A stretch of 64,000 nt of DNA from Candidatus Sumerlaeales bacterium (GCA_038243585.1 JBBSQY010000015.1:1-64000), one strand, 5' to 3'. Counted from the first letter of the stretch, positions 1 to 10,769 are shown. Notes: a model not told the origin generated them from the sequence alone. Numbers and translations are program-made.

Positions 1-415
1 GCCCAGGCGCGGCGTTAATCAGGGTAATTTCAACCTCATCCTGATCCACGTCTTCCCGATCCCCTTCTAATACCACGACTTTTGGATTAGCGGCATCTTC
101 ACTGGGGGTTACGAGAATTGTATATTGCTCGTCGTCGTCATCAAATTTTAATTGTTCGGTAGTCTTTAGCTGACGGCCGTCCGCCAGATTAAGGACAATT
201 GTTTTATCATCTTGTTGCGGCATGGTTTTAAACGGGGTTACCTGATTATAAGCGACATCACTAAATAGCGTGGTGGCACCTATAGATACGCTTACTGCCG
301 GGGCCGTCGGCACCGCGTGTATCAATCGTACGTTAACCTGATTGGAATTTTGCGCGAACACTGGAACAGTCGTTAGCATCAGGGCGAACAGCAGGCCCGC
401 TGATGTTTTTTTCAT
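1..415 (-). CDS. Secreted DUF4397-like protein (3' end runs off the window)
   Basis: Not in the ORF track; translated by hand from ATG 415: MKKTSAGLLFALMLTTVPVFAQNSNQVNVRLIHAVPTAPAVSV...ITLINAAPG, no stop before base 1. Signal peptide, AGGAG RBS, and a VRLIHAVP-APAV motif typical of DUF4397. Confidence 0.75.
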   Translation of the reverse strand, partial: MKKTSAGLLFALMLTTVPVFAQNSNQVNVRLIHAVPTAPAVSVSIGATTLFSDVAYNQVTPFKTMPQQDDKTIVLNLADGRQLKTTEQLKFDDDDEQYTILVTPSEDAANPKVVVLEGDREDVDQDEVEITLINAAPG

Positions 416-456
416 GGGAAGTCTCCTATAGTTTTTTATTGCTCAACTAAACAACA

Positions 457-473
457 TGCAATGGCCGTGCCTG
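457..473 (-). promoter_or_regulatory. Putative sigma-54 (-24/-12) promoter
   Basis: Minus strand reads CAGGCACGGCCATTGCA, with exact GG-N10-GC spacing and one mismatch to TGGCACGNNNNTTGCW, about 40 nt upstream of ATG 415. Confidence 0.6.
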
Positions 474-601
474 ACAGAATTTTTATGCAGTTTCAGGTCC
501 AGAGGCCCAAGGACTATTTAACTCGTCTCACACATCGTCCCTTGAGATTGTTCAGGTTGAATTTCTATGATAGGACCATGCTAATCTAATTGGGCTAATT
601 T

Positions 602-2086
602 GTGATGAAGTATCTCTGGTTAATGTTTTTTGTCTGTCTATTCGGACTTATTGCCCAGGTAAAACTGGCTGATCCGCTGGAAAATCCGTTTGCAGACGGT
701 AGCCTGGCGTGTTTTCCCATGCCCCCTGCACGCGAGCGCGCTGAGCCGCCGCTTTTACCAGCTCCAGTGTTGACGCACATTCCCCCGCTGGCCAATCCGG
801 TCCAGGTTCAGGCAACCAGCATTGAAATTCTTGACCCCAGGGGTGCCACGGGCTTAATGGTGGAAACCCGGCAGGCGGATAATATTGATTGGGGGCTGCC
901 GCGGTCTCTGCCAATAGATGCGCCGCGGGATCTTAGTTATGCAGCGGAACCACGGATTGTCGCGCCTGTTCCAGTCAATGTTCCGGCGCCGGCGCCGGTG
1001 CTCGGCGACGTGCTTGACCTGACCGAACTAGCAAATCAGCGTGCCGACGCATGGCACCCGGCCCTGGAAAAATGGCAGAGCGACCTGACGATATTGACGA
1101 TGGCTATAAAGGCTGACGCTGGCAGCCAGCCCATGACGTCTGCTCCGGAGCCCGCTCCTGCTGCCGTTGCCGCGGCTGTGGATTATGGCGGCTTTTACCC
1201 GGTACCGGATGCGCAACCCTTGGAGATGGCATCCCTGAAACCGAAACAGCTGGTTTCTCCCCCCCAGACTTCCAGTCCTAATCTTTATCTTCCAGATGGA
1301 GCCCTCGATGAGGAGGGTGCAATGATGACGCTAATCAAACCGGAATTGCGAATTTACGAGTTGCCGGATGAGGGTTCGGCATCGGCGCCCCGGATATTAA
1401 AGTCCGGGGAAAACATCAGGCCTCTTACGCGGTTGCGCAACGCAGAAGGTCATGACTGGATCAAGCTGTCTGTGGACGAAAAATCCTGGTGGGCGCAGGC
1501 GGAGTATTTTATCCGAGTTGACCCTCGAAACCGGAGGCAGTTTCCAGAAGGCAACCTGGCGGTAGGCGAAGAGCAGGTGGACAAAGACTCGGCGCTGCCT
1601 GTCGATTACCATCCGGATGACCTTACGGATATCGAAGGCGAATATACCTTTGGCGCAAAAAATGTGCAGGTGCGACGGGATGTCGCTGAAGCTCTAGAAC
1701 GCATGGCGACTGCTGCGAAAGAAGATGGTTTTAAGATTCGGGTATTTTCCGGTTTCAGAGATTTTGCCTACCAGAAGCGTCTGTACCTGGATGCGGTCGA
1801 CAAGAACGGTCCTAAGCAAAACGGAACAGCCGCGCCGGGCTATAGCGAACACCAGCTTGGGACGACTGTGGACATCTGTAATGACAGCCGCCGCACAATC
1901 CTGAGTGGTACGTTCGGCGAAACCCCCGAGGGGCGGTGGCTCCATGAGAATAGCGAGCGTTTCGGTTTCAGAAAATCCTATACCAAAGAAAACACGGATC
2001 AGGTGGGGTATAAACCGGAGCCCTGGCATTTCAGATATGTTGGAATCGCAGAAAAGAAGAATAGTAGAGATGTAGCGCGCCGTTAA
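602..2086 (+). CDS. M15B (VanY-like) carboxypeptidase with signal/anchor, Pro/Ala-rich linker and SH3-like domain
   Basis: SGFR, SEHQLGTTVD (SxHxxGxxxD) and EPWHFRY motifs; hydrophobic N-terminus. Confidence 0.85.
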   Translation: MMKYLWLMFFVCLFGLIAQVKLADPLENPFADGSLACFPMPPARERAEPPLLPAPVLTHIPPLANPVQVQATSIEILDPRGATGLMVETRQADNIDWGLPRSLPIDAPRDLSYAAEPRIVAPVPVNVPAPAPVLGDVLDLTELANQRADAWHPALEKWQSDLTILTMAIKADAGSQPMTSAPEPAPAAVAAAVDYGGFYPVPDAQPLEMASLKPKQLVSPPQTSSPNLYLPDGALDEEGAMMTLIKPELRIYELPDEGSASAPRILKSGENIRPLTRLRNAEGHDWIKLSVDEKSWWAQAEYFIRVDPRNRRQFPEGNLAVGEEQVDKDSALPVDYHPDDLTDIEGEYTFGAKNVQVRRDVAEALERMATAAKEDGFKIRVFSGFRDFAYQKRLYLDAVDKNGPKQNGTAAPGYSEHQLGTTVDICNDSRRTILSGTFGETPEGRWLHENSERFGFRKSYTKENTDQVGYKPEPWHFRYVGIAEKKNSRDVARR

Positions 2087-2140
2087 TGTTGCGCTCTTTT
2101 TCCCTAAAGTAATTCCTATTTTTATTGAGGTTCCCGACCA

Positions 2141-3564
2141 ATGTTTCAATATTCTTTAGCTGCGCTTACCCTGGCTTTTTTTGGCATTGCCATGCCCGTA
2201 AGTGCTACGGCCCCGCCGCACCAGGTTGCAACGGTGGTCATTCATGGATTTAGTCCCAGCGGTTCTGTGACCTCCGGAGTTTTTGGCAGTGACAAAGACG
2301 GTGGTTACATGGCTGACATCGCAGAAACCCTGCGCCTGCCGACCGGCGATGCTTTTCCGATGGCTCCGAATCAACTGGCTTACACGACCTATTACGGCGA
2401 CCAATACCCGTCTTACTATACCCAACGCGACATTGCTGATCTTGAGAGCATTGAGGTACGTGAAGGGACCGGGGTTCCGGTTTATGCCGCCATAGTGGCG
2501 AAATATGCCAAAGAGGTAATGCGCCGCAGCGGTGCATCTCAGGTTAACCTGTTAAGCGTAGCTTTGGTGGACTTATCGGGCGCTATATTATTGAAAAAGA
2601 TGTGGAGGCGCTGGCGAGTTCCGGCAAGATCGCTCGATGGGTTTGCGTCGATGGAGTGGTAGCGGGCAATTTCGCTGCGACTTATGGTGGTGCCCTTGCC
2701 GAGAATTTCTTTAACGTGTACTTCGCCGGAAAATCCATAGATTATGCACAGATGAATTACGAGTGGGTACGTACGCGACTTCATGATCCGAGGGACAGTT
2801 CCAATTCCAGTTTTTATGGAGATTTTCCAACTCATTTCTGGCTGGCAGCGGATGACAACGCTTACGCAAAATTCGTAACGAATTTCAGCAAAAGAGCCAA
2901 TGATGGGGTAGTGCTTGTTGAGGATGGCATACTTAGGAATCTGCCACCCGAGTCGCGTTACCTTGGCCTCTCCCCCACGCGCAGCGTCATTCATGCAACT
3001 CATGAAGGCACAAAAACAAACACTGGAATTCAGGCAGGCCTGGCGGCTGGACTTACCGGACGCAAACGTGTAAAGATCACTCTGGAAACGGTGCGGGTCC
3101 TGACGGAGTTTGATGGCGGAGACAGAGGCGACGGAGAATACGTTTTCGGGGTGAAAGTCTTTTCTCCCACCGCCCAGACGGCTTACAGTATCACTCAGCC
3201 AATCCATGAACTGCGAGCGGAGGATAACAGCTTCCCGTTCTTTACCATGGCAAGGGAAGCGATCTACACGGTTAACGAGGTGTGGTTCGACGACATGATT
3301 CTGGACGGGGAAACGCAGCTGCGTCTGGAGACCAATGTGGATGAAGTCGATGGTAGCGCAATCTATCAGATCACTGAAGACAGCGGTGAAGTGTTACAAT
3401 CTCTTGCCGACACAACAATAACCGTCAGCACAACAGCCGCACAGTCGTATCTGCTGGAGACGGCTGACTGGCAGGCGATCATTCGTGTGGATACGGTGGA
3501 TTACCCTGACTTCCAGGAGATCGTTCGGCAAAACGCCGCCGCGAATTGGGCGCTGTACGAGTAA
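2141..3564 (+). pseudogene. Secreted alpha/beta-hydrolase (lipase/esterase-like) split by a 1-nt frameshift near 2558-2561; true pseudogene or sequence error
   Basis: ORFs 2141..2662 and 2602..3564 join as VNLLSV-SFGGLIGRYIIEKDVEAL with a -1 shift, restoring a nucleophile elbow. VIHGF oxyanion motif and signal peptide upstream. Confidence 0.7.
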
Positions 3565-3570
3565 GTCCGG

Positions 3571-3613
3571 CAGGTGAAGACTTTGCGGAACCGCAAGGAA
3601 AGTAAAGACCTGG
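3571..3613. terminator. Hairpin between convergent genes, possible terminator
   Basis: CTTTGCGG/CCGCAAGG inverted repeat (3581-3598) inside an outer CAGGT...ACCTG pairing; no clear U-tract. Confidence 0.3.
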
Positions 3614-3623
3614 CGCGTGTGCC

Positions 3624-5183
3624 CTAGTTTCGTGTCCAGGTTTCCAAACGAATTTTGTCGGGAAGGATCTTTTCGCCGCTGAACTGCGCTTTGAGTTTTT
3701 GCGCGGCAGGGTCTTCTTTAAGATAGGGAATGGAACCTGTGCGGGTCCAGGAGCCGGGGGGATCGGTCGCGGCAGGGTCGTTTACGGCGGCGGATGGCGG
3801 CCACTCCGGTGCGCGGCTGTGACGAATTATAATTAGTTGGTTCACGGAAGTCATTGCGGCGGGCTGCTTAGGCTGAAGGAGAATGTCGTTTGTTCCCCGC
3901 GTGGCAATCCGCTGTTCCAGATCATACCGTATCATAGCCATGGATTTAAACGGCAGATAAACGGCATCTGCTCCGATGTTTTTATCTGCAACGTTCATGG
4001 ATGCCGCGGCTATTTCGTCTGCCGGTACCTCGTATGCCCAGTTAGTGGTCTGCCGGAATGCGAGCATGGACAGAAGACCGGCCACATGCGCAGTTATGAC
4101 TGCGATGAGGATTGACCTGCGATAGCGGAATTTACTGGCTGGAATAACCACAAGCAGAGTCAGCCAGGCGAACCCGCAAAGAGCAACACGAGGCGGCAAA
4201 AAGCTATACATGGGACCGGGGAGAAACAGGACGCCAACCATGACGCCTGCGAGGAGCATCAATATGCTGAGCATGGTCAGGTGGAGGTATACTTCGCGGC
4301 TGGGTTCCGTGGCGGACTTTCTGGAAAACAGCCCGGCTAATGCAGCTGAGGCGGCGAGAACTAAAAGCATCGGTGCCATGATGAGTCCAGCAACGGACCA
4401 GGGCGGCAGACCATCGGAAACCGCGAGCGTCCATGCAAGAAAGCCGGCGTTTTTAATGAGGCGCATAGGCGTGACTATGGCCGCGCCATCCCACCGGCTT
4501 GGCAGATCGGTGGTTAGCTGAGACAGCAAAATTGGCAACCACAAGACCAGGAAAAGAAGCCCGGGCAGTGCGAGCGCGGCCAAGTTTTTCCACTGCCTGC
4601 GGGAAATGAGCGTCAGTGTGAAAGGGATGAGTCCAGCGACGGCTACCAGCGCAGCGGCATAGTTGGTGAGGAAAAGTGTGGCTCCGAGCAGACCAACCAC
4701 CGCGCAGTTTCTCGGACAGGGTTTTCGAGTAGCCGCGCCTAAAGCCCAAAAACAGCAGGCCCATAGAAACGTAACTAGGGCGTAGTACCGGCCAAAATAA
4801 CCGCAAAATACAAGAAATGGCGATGAGGCGATGGCTAGAGCCGTCAGGCGGGACGGGTATGCTTGCAGCCACGTTTTGAGCGCGCACAGAAACACGAAAA
4901 CAGACGCTCCCATAAGACAAGATGAAAGAATGCGCAATCCATACAGGGAATCTCCTGCCACGTTAAACCAACCCCACGCGAGCAGGAAATAAAGCGGAGG
5001 ATGAACGTCCTGTAGCAGCATTTTAAAGAGGTATGGGAGGGTCGATCCTGCGAAGTAAAACGTTGACGCTTCGTCGTGAAAGATGGGGCGGATTAACGCC
5101 AGCAGAAAGCACAACCACGCGGTTATCCCTCCAGCAATAATGGCCGGGCTAAAGGTCAGCATACTCTTATGCAGTTTTGTCAT
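3624..5183 (-). CDS. GT-C fold membrane glycosyltransferase (GT39/ArnT/PMT-like)
   Basis: Many TM segments; HDE acidic pair after TM1 and a DVHPPLYF motif. Confidence 0.7.
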   Translation of the reverse strand: MTKLHKSMLTFSPAIIAGGITAWLCFLLALIRPIFHDEASTFYFAGSTLPYLFKMLLQDVHPPLYFLLAWGWFNVAGDSLYGLRILSSCLMGASVFVFLCALKTWLQAYPSRLTALAIASSPFLVFCGYFGRYYALVTFLWACCFWALGAATRKPCPRNCAVVGLLGATLFLTNYAAALVAVAGLIPFTLTLISRRQWKNLAALALPGLLFLVLWLPILLSQLTTDLPSRWDGAAIVTPMRLIKNAGFLAWTLAVSDGLPPWSVAGLIMAPMLLVLAASAALAGLFSRKSATEPSREVYLHLTMLSILMLLAGVMVGVLFLPGPMYSFLPPRVALCGFAWLTLLVVIPASKFRYRRSILIAVITAHVAGLLSMLAFRQTTNWAYEVPADEIAAASMNVADKNIGADAVYLPFKSMAMIRYDLEQRIATRGTNDILLQPKQPAAMTSVNQLIIIRHSRAPEWPPSAAVNDPAATDPPGSWTRTGSIPYLKEDPAAQKLKAQFSGEKILPDKIRLETWTRN

Positions 5184-5280
5184 GCCTCAACTGATGGTGA
5201 TTCAGGTTGCCCGGTAAAGAAGTATCCGCGGTCGTATTGCCTAATGTTTACACAGGCAATACGACCACGGAACTTTAGGG

Positions 5281-6738
5281 TTACAGCGTGGGCTTTTCCT
5301 TGTGCCATTCCGTAGACTGTTCGAAGGCGTGGGCGACGGTGAAGAGGCGACCATCTTCAAACGCGGGGGCAATGAATTGCAGACCGATGGGCAGTTTGCC
5401 TGCGGTGAGTCCGCAGGGGATGGATATGGCTGGAACTCCCGCAAGATTTACGCTGATCGTATAGATGTCGCTCAGGTACATCTCGACAGGATTGGACGTT
5501 TTTTCGCCGAAGCGGAAAGCGGCTGTGGGCGTTGTCGGCCCGGCGATTATGTCGCATTTCTCAAAAGCTTTATCGAAATCTGATTTGATCAGGGTACGCA
5601 CTTTGAGAGCCTTGAGGTAAAAATCCTCGTAGAATCCGGCGCTCAGGGCGTAGGTGCCCAGCATGATTCGGCGCTTTACTTCCGCTCCGAAACCCTGGCT
5701 GCGGGTGCGGCTGAACATATCGATTACGTTGTCTGCCTCGGCGCGAAAGCCGTAATGCGCACCATCGTAACGGGCGAGGTTGCTGCTGGCTTCGGCGGTG
5801 GCGCACAGGTAATAGGTGGCTACCGCGTATTTACTGTGGGGAAGGTCAACTTCCACGGTTTCGGCGCCGAGGGATTCCAGTTGGCGAATTGCTGCCTGAA
5901 CGCTGTCGCGCACATCGGCGTCCGCGCCCTCACCGAAAAATTCTTTCGGAAGGCCCACGCGTAGGCCCTTGATGTCACGACCGATGAAGCTGGTGTAATC
6001 GGGAATTTCGACGTTAGCGCTGGTAGAGTCCATCTTATCATGGCCGGCCATGGCGTTGAGAAAAAAAGCAGCGTCTTCGACGTCGCGGGTTAGTGGCCCG
6101 ATCTGATCAAGGCTGGAAGCGAAGGCGACAAGGCCATACCGGGAAACCAGACCGTAGGTGGGTTTCATGCCGACCACGCCGCACAGGGCCGCGGGCTGGC
6201 GAATAGAGCCGCCGGTATCGCTTCCGGTGGCCATCACGCACATATCCGCTGCGACCGCCGCCGCGCTGCCGCCGCTGCTGCCGCCGGGGATGCGTTCCAG
6301 ATCCCAGGGGTTTGCAGTTTTCTTCATGCTGCTGTTTTCGGTGCTGGATCCCATGGCGAACTCGTCCATGTTGGCCTTGCCTACAAACACTGCCCCTTCG
6401 CCGCGGAGGCGCGCGACCACTGTGCCGTCATAAGGCGGGATGAACTTTGAAAGAATTTGAGAAGAACACGTGGTGCGGGTTCCATTGGTACACATATTGT
6501 CTTTGATGGCGAGGGGAATGCCTGTGAGCGGCAACACATTATCGCCGGAGGCAAGGCGGGTGTCCGCTGCTTCGGCCATGCGGAGAGCGTCGCTTTCCAT
6601 CACCGTCACATAGGCACCCACGCGATCTTCAACCTGGGCGATGCGGGCGAGCACGCTTTTGGTAATTTCGACACTGGAGACTTCCCGTTTGTTGAGCATG
6701 TCGCGCAGTTCATGAGCAGTTTTGGAGCAGAGTTCCAT
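5281..6738 (-). CDS. gatA: Asp/Glu-tRNA amidotransferase subunit A
   Basis: Amidase signature [45 protein letters not shown]. Confidence 0.97.
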   Translation of the reverse strand: MELCSKTAHELRDMLNKREVSSVEITKSVLARIAQVEDRVGAYVTVMESDALRMAEAADTRLASGDNVLPLTGIPLAIKDNMCTNGTRTTCSSQILSKFIPPYDGTVVARLRGEGAVFVGKANMDEFAMGSSTENSSMKKTANPWDLERIPGGSSGGSAAAVAADMCVMATGSDTGGSIRQPAALCGVVGMKPTYGLVSRYGLVAFASSLDQIGPLTRDVEDAAFFLNAMAGHDKMDSTSANVEIPDYTSFIGRDIKGLRVGLPKEFFGEGADADVRDSVQAAIRQLESLGAETVEVDLPHSKYAVATYYLCATAEASSNLARYDGAHYGFRAEADNVIDMFSRTRSQGFGAEVKRRIMLGTYALSAGFYEDFYLKALKVRTLIKSDFDKAFEKCDIIAGPTTPTAAFRFGEKTSNPVEMYLSDIYTISVNLAGVPAISIPCGLTAGKLPIGLQFIAPAFEDGRLFTVAHAFEQSTEWHKEKPTL

Positions 6739-6870
6739 GGTTCCCTATCTTTATGTTACAAATGACAAATTCGTGGTGCGCTTCGCGTGAAAACTAAGTT
6801 GGCCATACCTGATCCGGGATTATTAGAAAGGTTAAACTCTCTGAAAATCCCGCAGCATATGGCTTATGAC

Positions 6871-6891
6871 TTCGTAATTCGTAATTCGTGA
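6871..6891. repeat. Heptamer tandem repeat (TTCGTAA)x3, last copy imperfect
   Basis: ttcgtaa ttcgtaa ttcgtga just downstream of the fmt stop. Confidence 0.5.
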
Positions 6892-6897
6892 TTTTCT

Positions 6898-7920
6898 TCA
6901 CTTAATCTCCCGCGTCCCTTCGAGAAAGGCCGGATCGCTGATGAACAGGTTGCCGGATCTTACCAGTTTCCCGTTGATGGCGTCGGTTGCCTGCATGGGC
7001 TTTTTATCGGGGGGCTGTACCGCGGTTATCAGCAGGTAGCCGTCTCCCACTTTTATTACGAAACCCCTGCCTTTAATAAGCGTTATCACCTGCCCAAACT
7101 CAACATCGTCTGAACGGCCACCGTCTATTTCCATGGAAGCGGTCAACAGACCGTCGGGGTCTTCGTAGTATTCCGCACTGATAATCTTCCATGCGCGCCC
7201 GTGGAGAAAGCTGAACGCGCCCGGCCATGGCTGGAGGCCCTTGATGCGAAAAATGAGGGCGTCACGTTCCATGCTCCAGTCCAGTAGGCCGTCCTGTTTG
7301 GTCATGAGGGGGGCGTAGGTGGCTTCGGCGTCATTCTGGGGGGTGCTTATAATCTGCCCCTCGGCCTCTATCTTATCCAGCACGTTCAAAAGAACTTCTC
7401 CGCCGGTGACGCTGAGGAGGTTGCTAAGGCTCGCGGTGTCGTCGTCGGGGAAGATCTCCACCTGCTCGAAAGCGATAATATTGCCAGTGTCCAGCCCCTC
7501 GTTCATCTGCATTATAGTGACGCCGGTGTAGCGTTCTCCATCAATGACGGCCCGCTGAATGGGGGCCGCGCCGCGGTATTTTGGCAGGATGGAGGCGTGA
7601 AGATTAATGCAGCCAAAGCGGGGCAGGTTCAGGATTTCCGCTGGCAGAATCCGACCGTAGGCAGCCACGACTATGATATCAGGACTATACATGGACAACA
7701 TCTTGTCGAAACCGGCACCTTTAATTTTTTCCGGTTGCAACACAATCAGGTTGTGTTCCAGCGCGAGCTCTTTAACGGGCGGATGCTGGGTCCTCTGACC
7801 GCGACCAACGGGACGATCAGGTTGGGTAACGACTGCGGATATGGTATGTTTTCCAGATTCAATGAGGCGCTTGAGCGGCGGTACCGCAAAACCGGGGGTG
7901 CCCATGTAGATGATATTCAA
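6898..7920 (-). CDS. fmt: Methionyl-tRNA formyltransferase
   Basis: YMGTPGFA, VVTQPDRP, INLHASILPKYRGAAPIQ and LDTG motifs. Confidence 0.96.
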   Translation of the reverse strand: MNIIYMGTPGFAVPPLKRLIESGKHTISAVVTQPDRPVGRGQRTQHPPVKELALEHNLIVLQPEKIKGAGFDKMLSMYSPDIIVVAAYGRILPAEILNLPRFGCINLHASILPKYRGAAPIQRAVIDGERYTGVTIMQMNEGLDTGNIIAFEQVEIFPDDDTASLSNLLSVTGGEVLLNVLDKIEAEGQIISTPQNDAEATYAPLMTKQDGLLDWSMERDALIFRIKGLQPWPGAFSFLHGRAWKIISAEYYEDPDGLLTASMEIDGGRSDDVEFGQVITLIKGRGFVIKVGDGYLLITAVQPPDKKPMQATDAINGKLVRSGNLFISDPAFLEGTREIK

Positions 7921-8109
7921 AACAGTAAAACCGCCTTTCGTGCCGACGCATGCCCCGTCTCTGCCTATTAAAAACGCGAGGATTCCTTGCAGGTCGACAT
8001 TTTGCTACACCATATACGGGTCTGGAGTCACATTTGCCGTTTTGATGTGTAAAAAAGCCAGGCGTATACGGGCGCACCTGACGGAAAGCTCCGGGAGAGT
8101 TTAGTTTAT

Positions 8110-9570
8110 ATGAAAAAGAAAATACTGTTTGTTTCCAGCGAAGTCGCTCCGTTTGCAAAGACGGGGGGCCTGGCGGATGTGGCGGGGGCGCTGCCCATGG
8201 CGCTGGAAAACCTGGGGATGGATGTTCGGGTGGCGATGCCGGGACACGCAGCTAATCACTACGGAAAAGAAACTCCCGTGCCGGTGTTGCCTCGCTTGCA
8301 CGTTCAGGTAGGTTCCCGAACTCATGCGACCAGCGTTTCTTCAGTGACAATGCCTCACTCCGGCGTGCCGGTTTATTTTATCAATAATCCGGAGTTTTTT
8401 GATCGCCCGGGGCTGTATCAGGAGGGAGGCTTGGATTATCCCGACAACGCAGAACGCTTTGCTTTCTTCTGCAAAGCTGTGATCTGGATGGTCAAGGGTC
8501 TGAACTGGATTCCGGATGTCATTCATTGCAACGACTGGCAGACCGGTCTGCTGCCGGTGATGCTCAAAACGGACGCAGACATGCTCCGTGATCCTGAGTT
8601 GCAGTCCATCAGGACGGTTTTGACGATTCATAACCTGGCTTATCAGGGGCTGTTTCCGCCGGCGGCCATGGCCGCCATTGGGCTATCACCTACGCTTTTT
8701 CATCCTGGTGCGATGGAATTTTATGGGTCGGTTAATCTGTTAAAGGGAGGTCTGCTTACTGCCGACACGTTGACGACGGTCAGCCCCACCTATGCCCGAG
8801 AAATCCAGACTAAGGAATTTGGGGCGGGTCTGGAGGGCGTATTGCGCGACAGAGCAGCCGACCTGCACGGGATACTCAACGGTATCGACTACGGACAGTG
8901 GAATCCGGAGACGGACACCTATCTGGAAGCTGGTTACAGTCCCGAGGATTTATCCGGGAAGACAAAATGTAAAACCAACCTTCAAACTGAGCTGGGGCTG
9001 AAGCCTGAACCGCGAACGCCGCTGATGGTGATGATCTCGCGCCTGGATCCGCAAAAGGGGCTGGATATCCTGTTGCCGCTGCTGCCCGAACTGATGAAAC
9101 GGGACGTTCAAGTGGCCGTCCTGGGAACGGGGCTGCCGGAGTATCACGAGGCCCTAACGGCGGCGGCCCAGGCGCATCCCGGACAGATGGCGGTCGTTTT
9201 AAAATTCGATAACGGTCTGGCCCACCGCATGGAGGCTGGTGGAGATCTATTCCTGATGCCGTCGCGCTTTGAACCTTGCGGGCTGAACCAGCTCTACTCC
9301 CTGCGGTATGGAACGCTGCCGGTGGTTCGCCGAACGGGCGGCCTGGCGGACTCGGTGGAGCAGGTTTCGGATAACGGCCAGAGCGGGACAGGCTTTGTAT
9401 TCGACAAGTACACTGGCGCAGCATTGCTAACAGCGATAGATGAGGCCCTTCAAATGTTTAAGAAGGTGCCGACGTGGGAATCAACTCAACGGCGAGCAAT
9501 GGCGAAGGACTTTAGCTGGACGGCGTCTGCGAAGTTGTACGCGGACCTTTATGAGACTTTGCTACCGTAG
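8110..9570 (+). CDS. glgA: Glycogen synthase
   Basis: KTGGLADV, HCNDWQT, TIHNLAYQG, PSRFEPCGLNQL. Confidence 0.96.
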   Translation: MKKKILFVSSEVAPFAKTGGLADVAGALPMALENLGMDVRVAMPGHAANHYGKETPVPVLPRLHVQVGSRTHATSVSSVTMPHSGVPVYFINNPEFFDRPGLYQEGGLDYPDNAERFAFFCKAVIWMVKGLNWIPDVIHCNDWQTGLLPVMLKTDADMLRDPELQSIRTVLTIHNLAYQGLFPPAAMAAIGLSPTLFHPGAMEFYGSVNLLKGGLLTADTLTTVSPTYAREIQTKEFGAGLEGVLRDRAADLHGILNGIDYGQWNPETDTYLEAGYSPEDLSGKTKCKTNLQTELGLKPEPRTPLMVMISRLDPQKGLDILLPLLPELMKRDVQVAVLGTGLPEYHEALTAAAQAHPGQMAVVLKFDNGLAHRMEAGGDLFLMPSRFEPCGLNQLYSLRYGTLPVVRRTGGLADSVEQVSDNGQSGTGFVFDKYTGAALLTAIDEALQMFKKVPTWESTQRRAMAKDFSWTASAKLYADLYETLLP

Positions 9571-9690
9571 CCGCTCTGGGAAGTTTAATATTAGTGCTGT
9601 TAATGAGCGCTCAACTATAAGGTTAAACCCGGAAACGGGTGAATGCGTGTGAGACATATTAATTTGCGATCAAGGTATCCGCTGCGCCGC

Positions 9691-9707
9691 AACTTTAGAT
9701 TAAAGTT
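9691..9707. promoter_or_regulatory. AT-rich 7-3-7 inverted repeat, possible operator
   Basis: AACTTTA-GAT-TAAAGTT about 65 nt upstream of the radical SAM gene. Confidence 0.3.
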
Positions 9708-9770
9708 CGGGAAGCCCCTTATGAATGTTTGTAATTTGCGCATCTAAACTACTGCCTGGGGGGACTGTAC

Positions 9771-10769
9771 TTGACAGAATTTTATTTTAACATTGATGTG
9801 CTGGGCATCGGCGCGTGCAATCTGTCCTGTCCATCCTGTCCTGTGGGAAACTCTCGCGAGGTGAAGAACCCGAAGGGGTTGATGGAGCGGGAGCTTCTGG
9901 ATCGCATCCTGACTAAAGGTCAGGGCGAGTGCGAACTCGTTGGCGTCGGTTTATATAACTGGACCGAGCCGCTGCTCCACCCTCGTCTCGATGAACTTGT
10001 TGGGGTTGTGCATGCTCACGGACTACCTTGTGATCTAAGTTCAAATCTGAACAATATGCGGGAAGTTGAGAAGGTGTTGCGGCAGAATCCTCGCTCGCTA
10101 AGAATTTCGAATTCCGGATTTACCCAGGAGCTTTACGGGGTGTCTCATCGTGGCGGAAACATTGAAACGGTGAAACAGAACATGAAGGAACTTCTTAAGC
10201 TTAAGAACGAAATGGGCAGTACCACACTGATCGAACTGCATTATCACCGCTACAGAGACAACCTGGGCGACGAGATGTTAATGCGGGAGTATTGTGCAGA
10301 GCTGGGCATTGGCCTGGTGCCGGTTTTGGCTTTTTTTACGCCCGTGGAGAAAGTGGTAGCTTACCTGGAGAATGACCCTTCCCTTGCTACCGTAACCGAT
10401 GCGGATCGTGACATTATGGGAAAACTGCTTCTTCCACTGGAGCAGGCCATGGAAATTGTAAAGCCTTATGCAGGAAAGGCCTGCCTGCTGCAGGAGGCAC
10501 AAATTACGATCGATTTTCGTGGTGCTGTGCAACTCTGCTGCGCGACGTACGATTCAAATGCCTATACGTTGTGTGATTATCTGACTACTCCGCTGGCAGA
10601 CATTCAGGGTATGAAGTATGAGAGCAGCATGTGTACCAAGTGTCTGAGCCATGGAATTCACGTATATTACACCGCCGGCACGGGCGACCTGAACAAGGCC
10701 GCGGCCGAGAGGGCTCCGGAAGAGCATCGTCAAATGATGTTAAACCTACCATCATACGTGACCGCGTAG
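9771..10769 (+). CDS. Radical SAM protein with C-terminal Cys-rich (twitch/SPASM-like) region
   Basis: CNLSCPSC (CxxxCxxC), YNWTEPLLHP, then C..CC..CxxC near the C-terminus; TTG start after GGGGGA. Confidence 0.85.
   Translation: MTEFYFNIDVLGIGACNLSCPSCPVGNSREVKNPKGLMERELLDRILTKGQGECELVGVGLYNWTEPLLHPRLDELVGVVHAHGLPCDLSSNLNNMREVEKVLRQNPRSLRISNSGFTQELYGVSHRGGNIETVKQNMKELLKLKNEMGSTTLIELHYHRYRDNLGDEMLMREYCAELGIGLVPVLAFFTPVEKVVAYLENDPSLATVTDADRDIMGKLLLPLEQAMEIVKPYAGKACLLQEAQITIDFRGAVQLCCATYDSNAYTLCDYLTTPLADIQGMKYESSMCTKCLSHGIHVYYTAGTGDLNKAAAERAPEEHRQMMLNLPSYVTA

Noticed and set aside
602..2086. VanY-like gene as a vancomycin-resistance determinant
   Set aside because: No vanHAX or vanRS nearby; M15B carboxypeptidases are ordinary cell-wall enzymes.
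2552..2575. Programmed ribosomal frameshift or phase variation at the hydrolase break
   Set aside because: No slippery heptamer or homopolymer/repeat tract at the shift point.
6807..6832. ACCTGATCCGGG, resembling the TPP riboswitch core
   Set aside because: Lacks the GCTGAGA and downstream AGGGA elements, and is on the opposite strand to the flanking genes.
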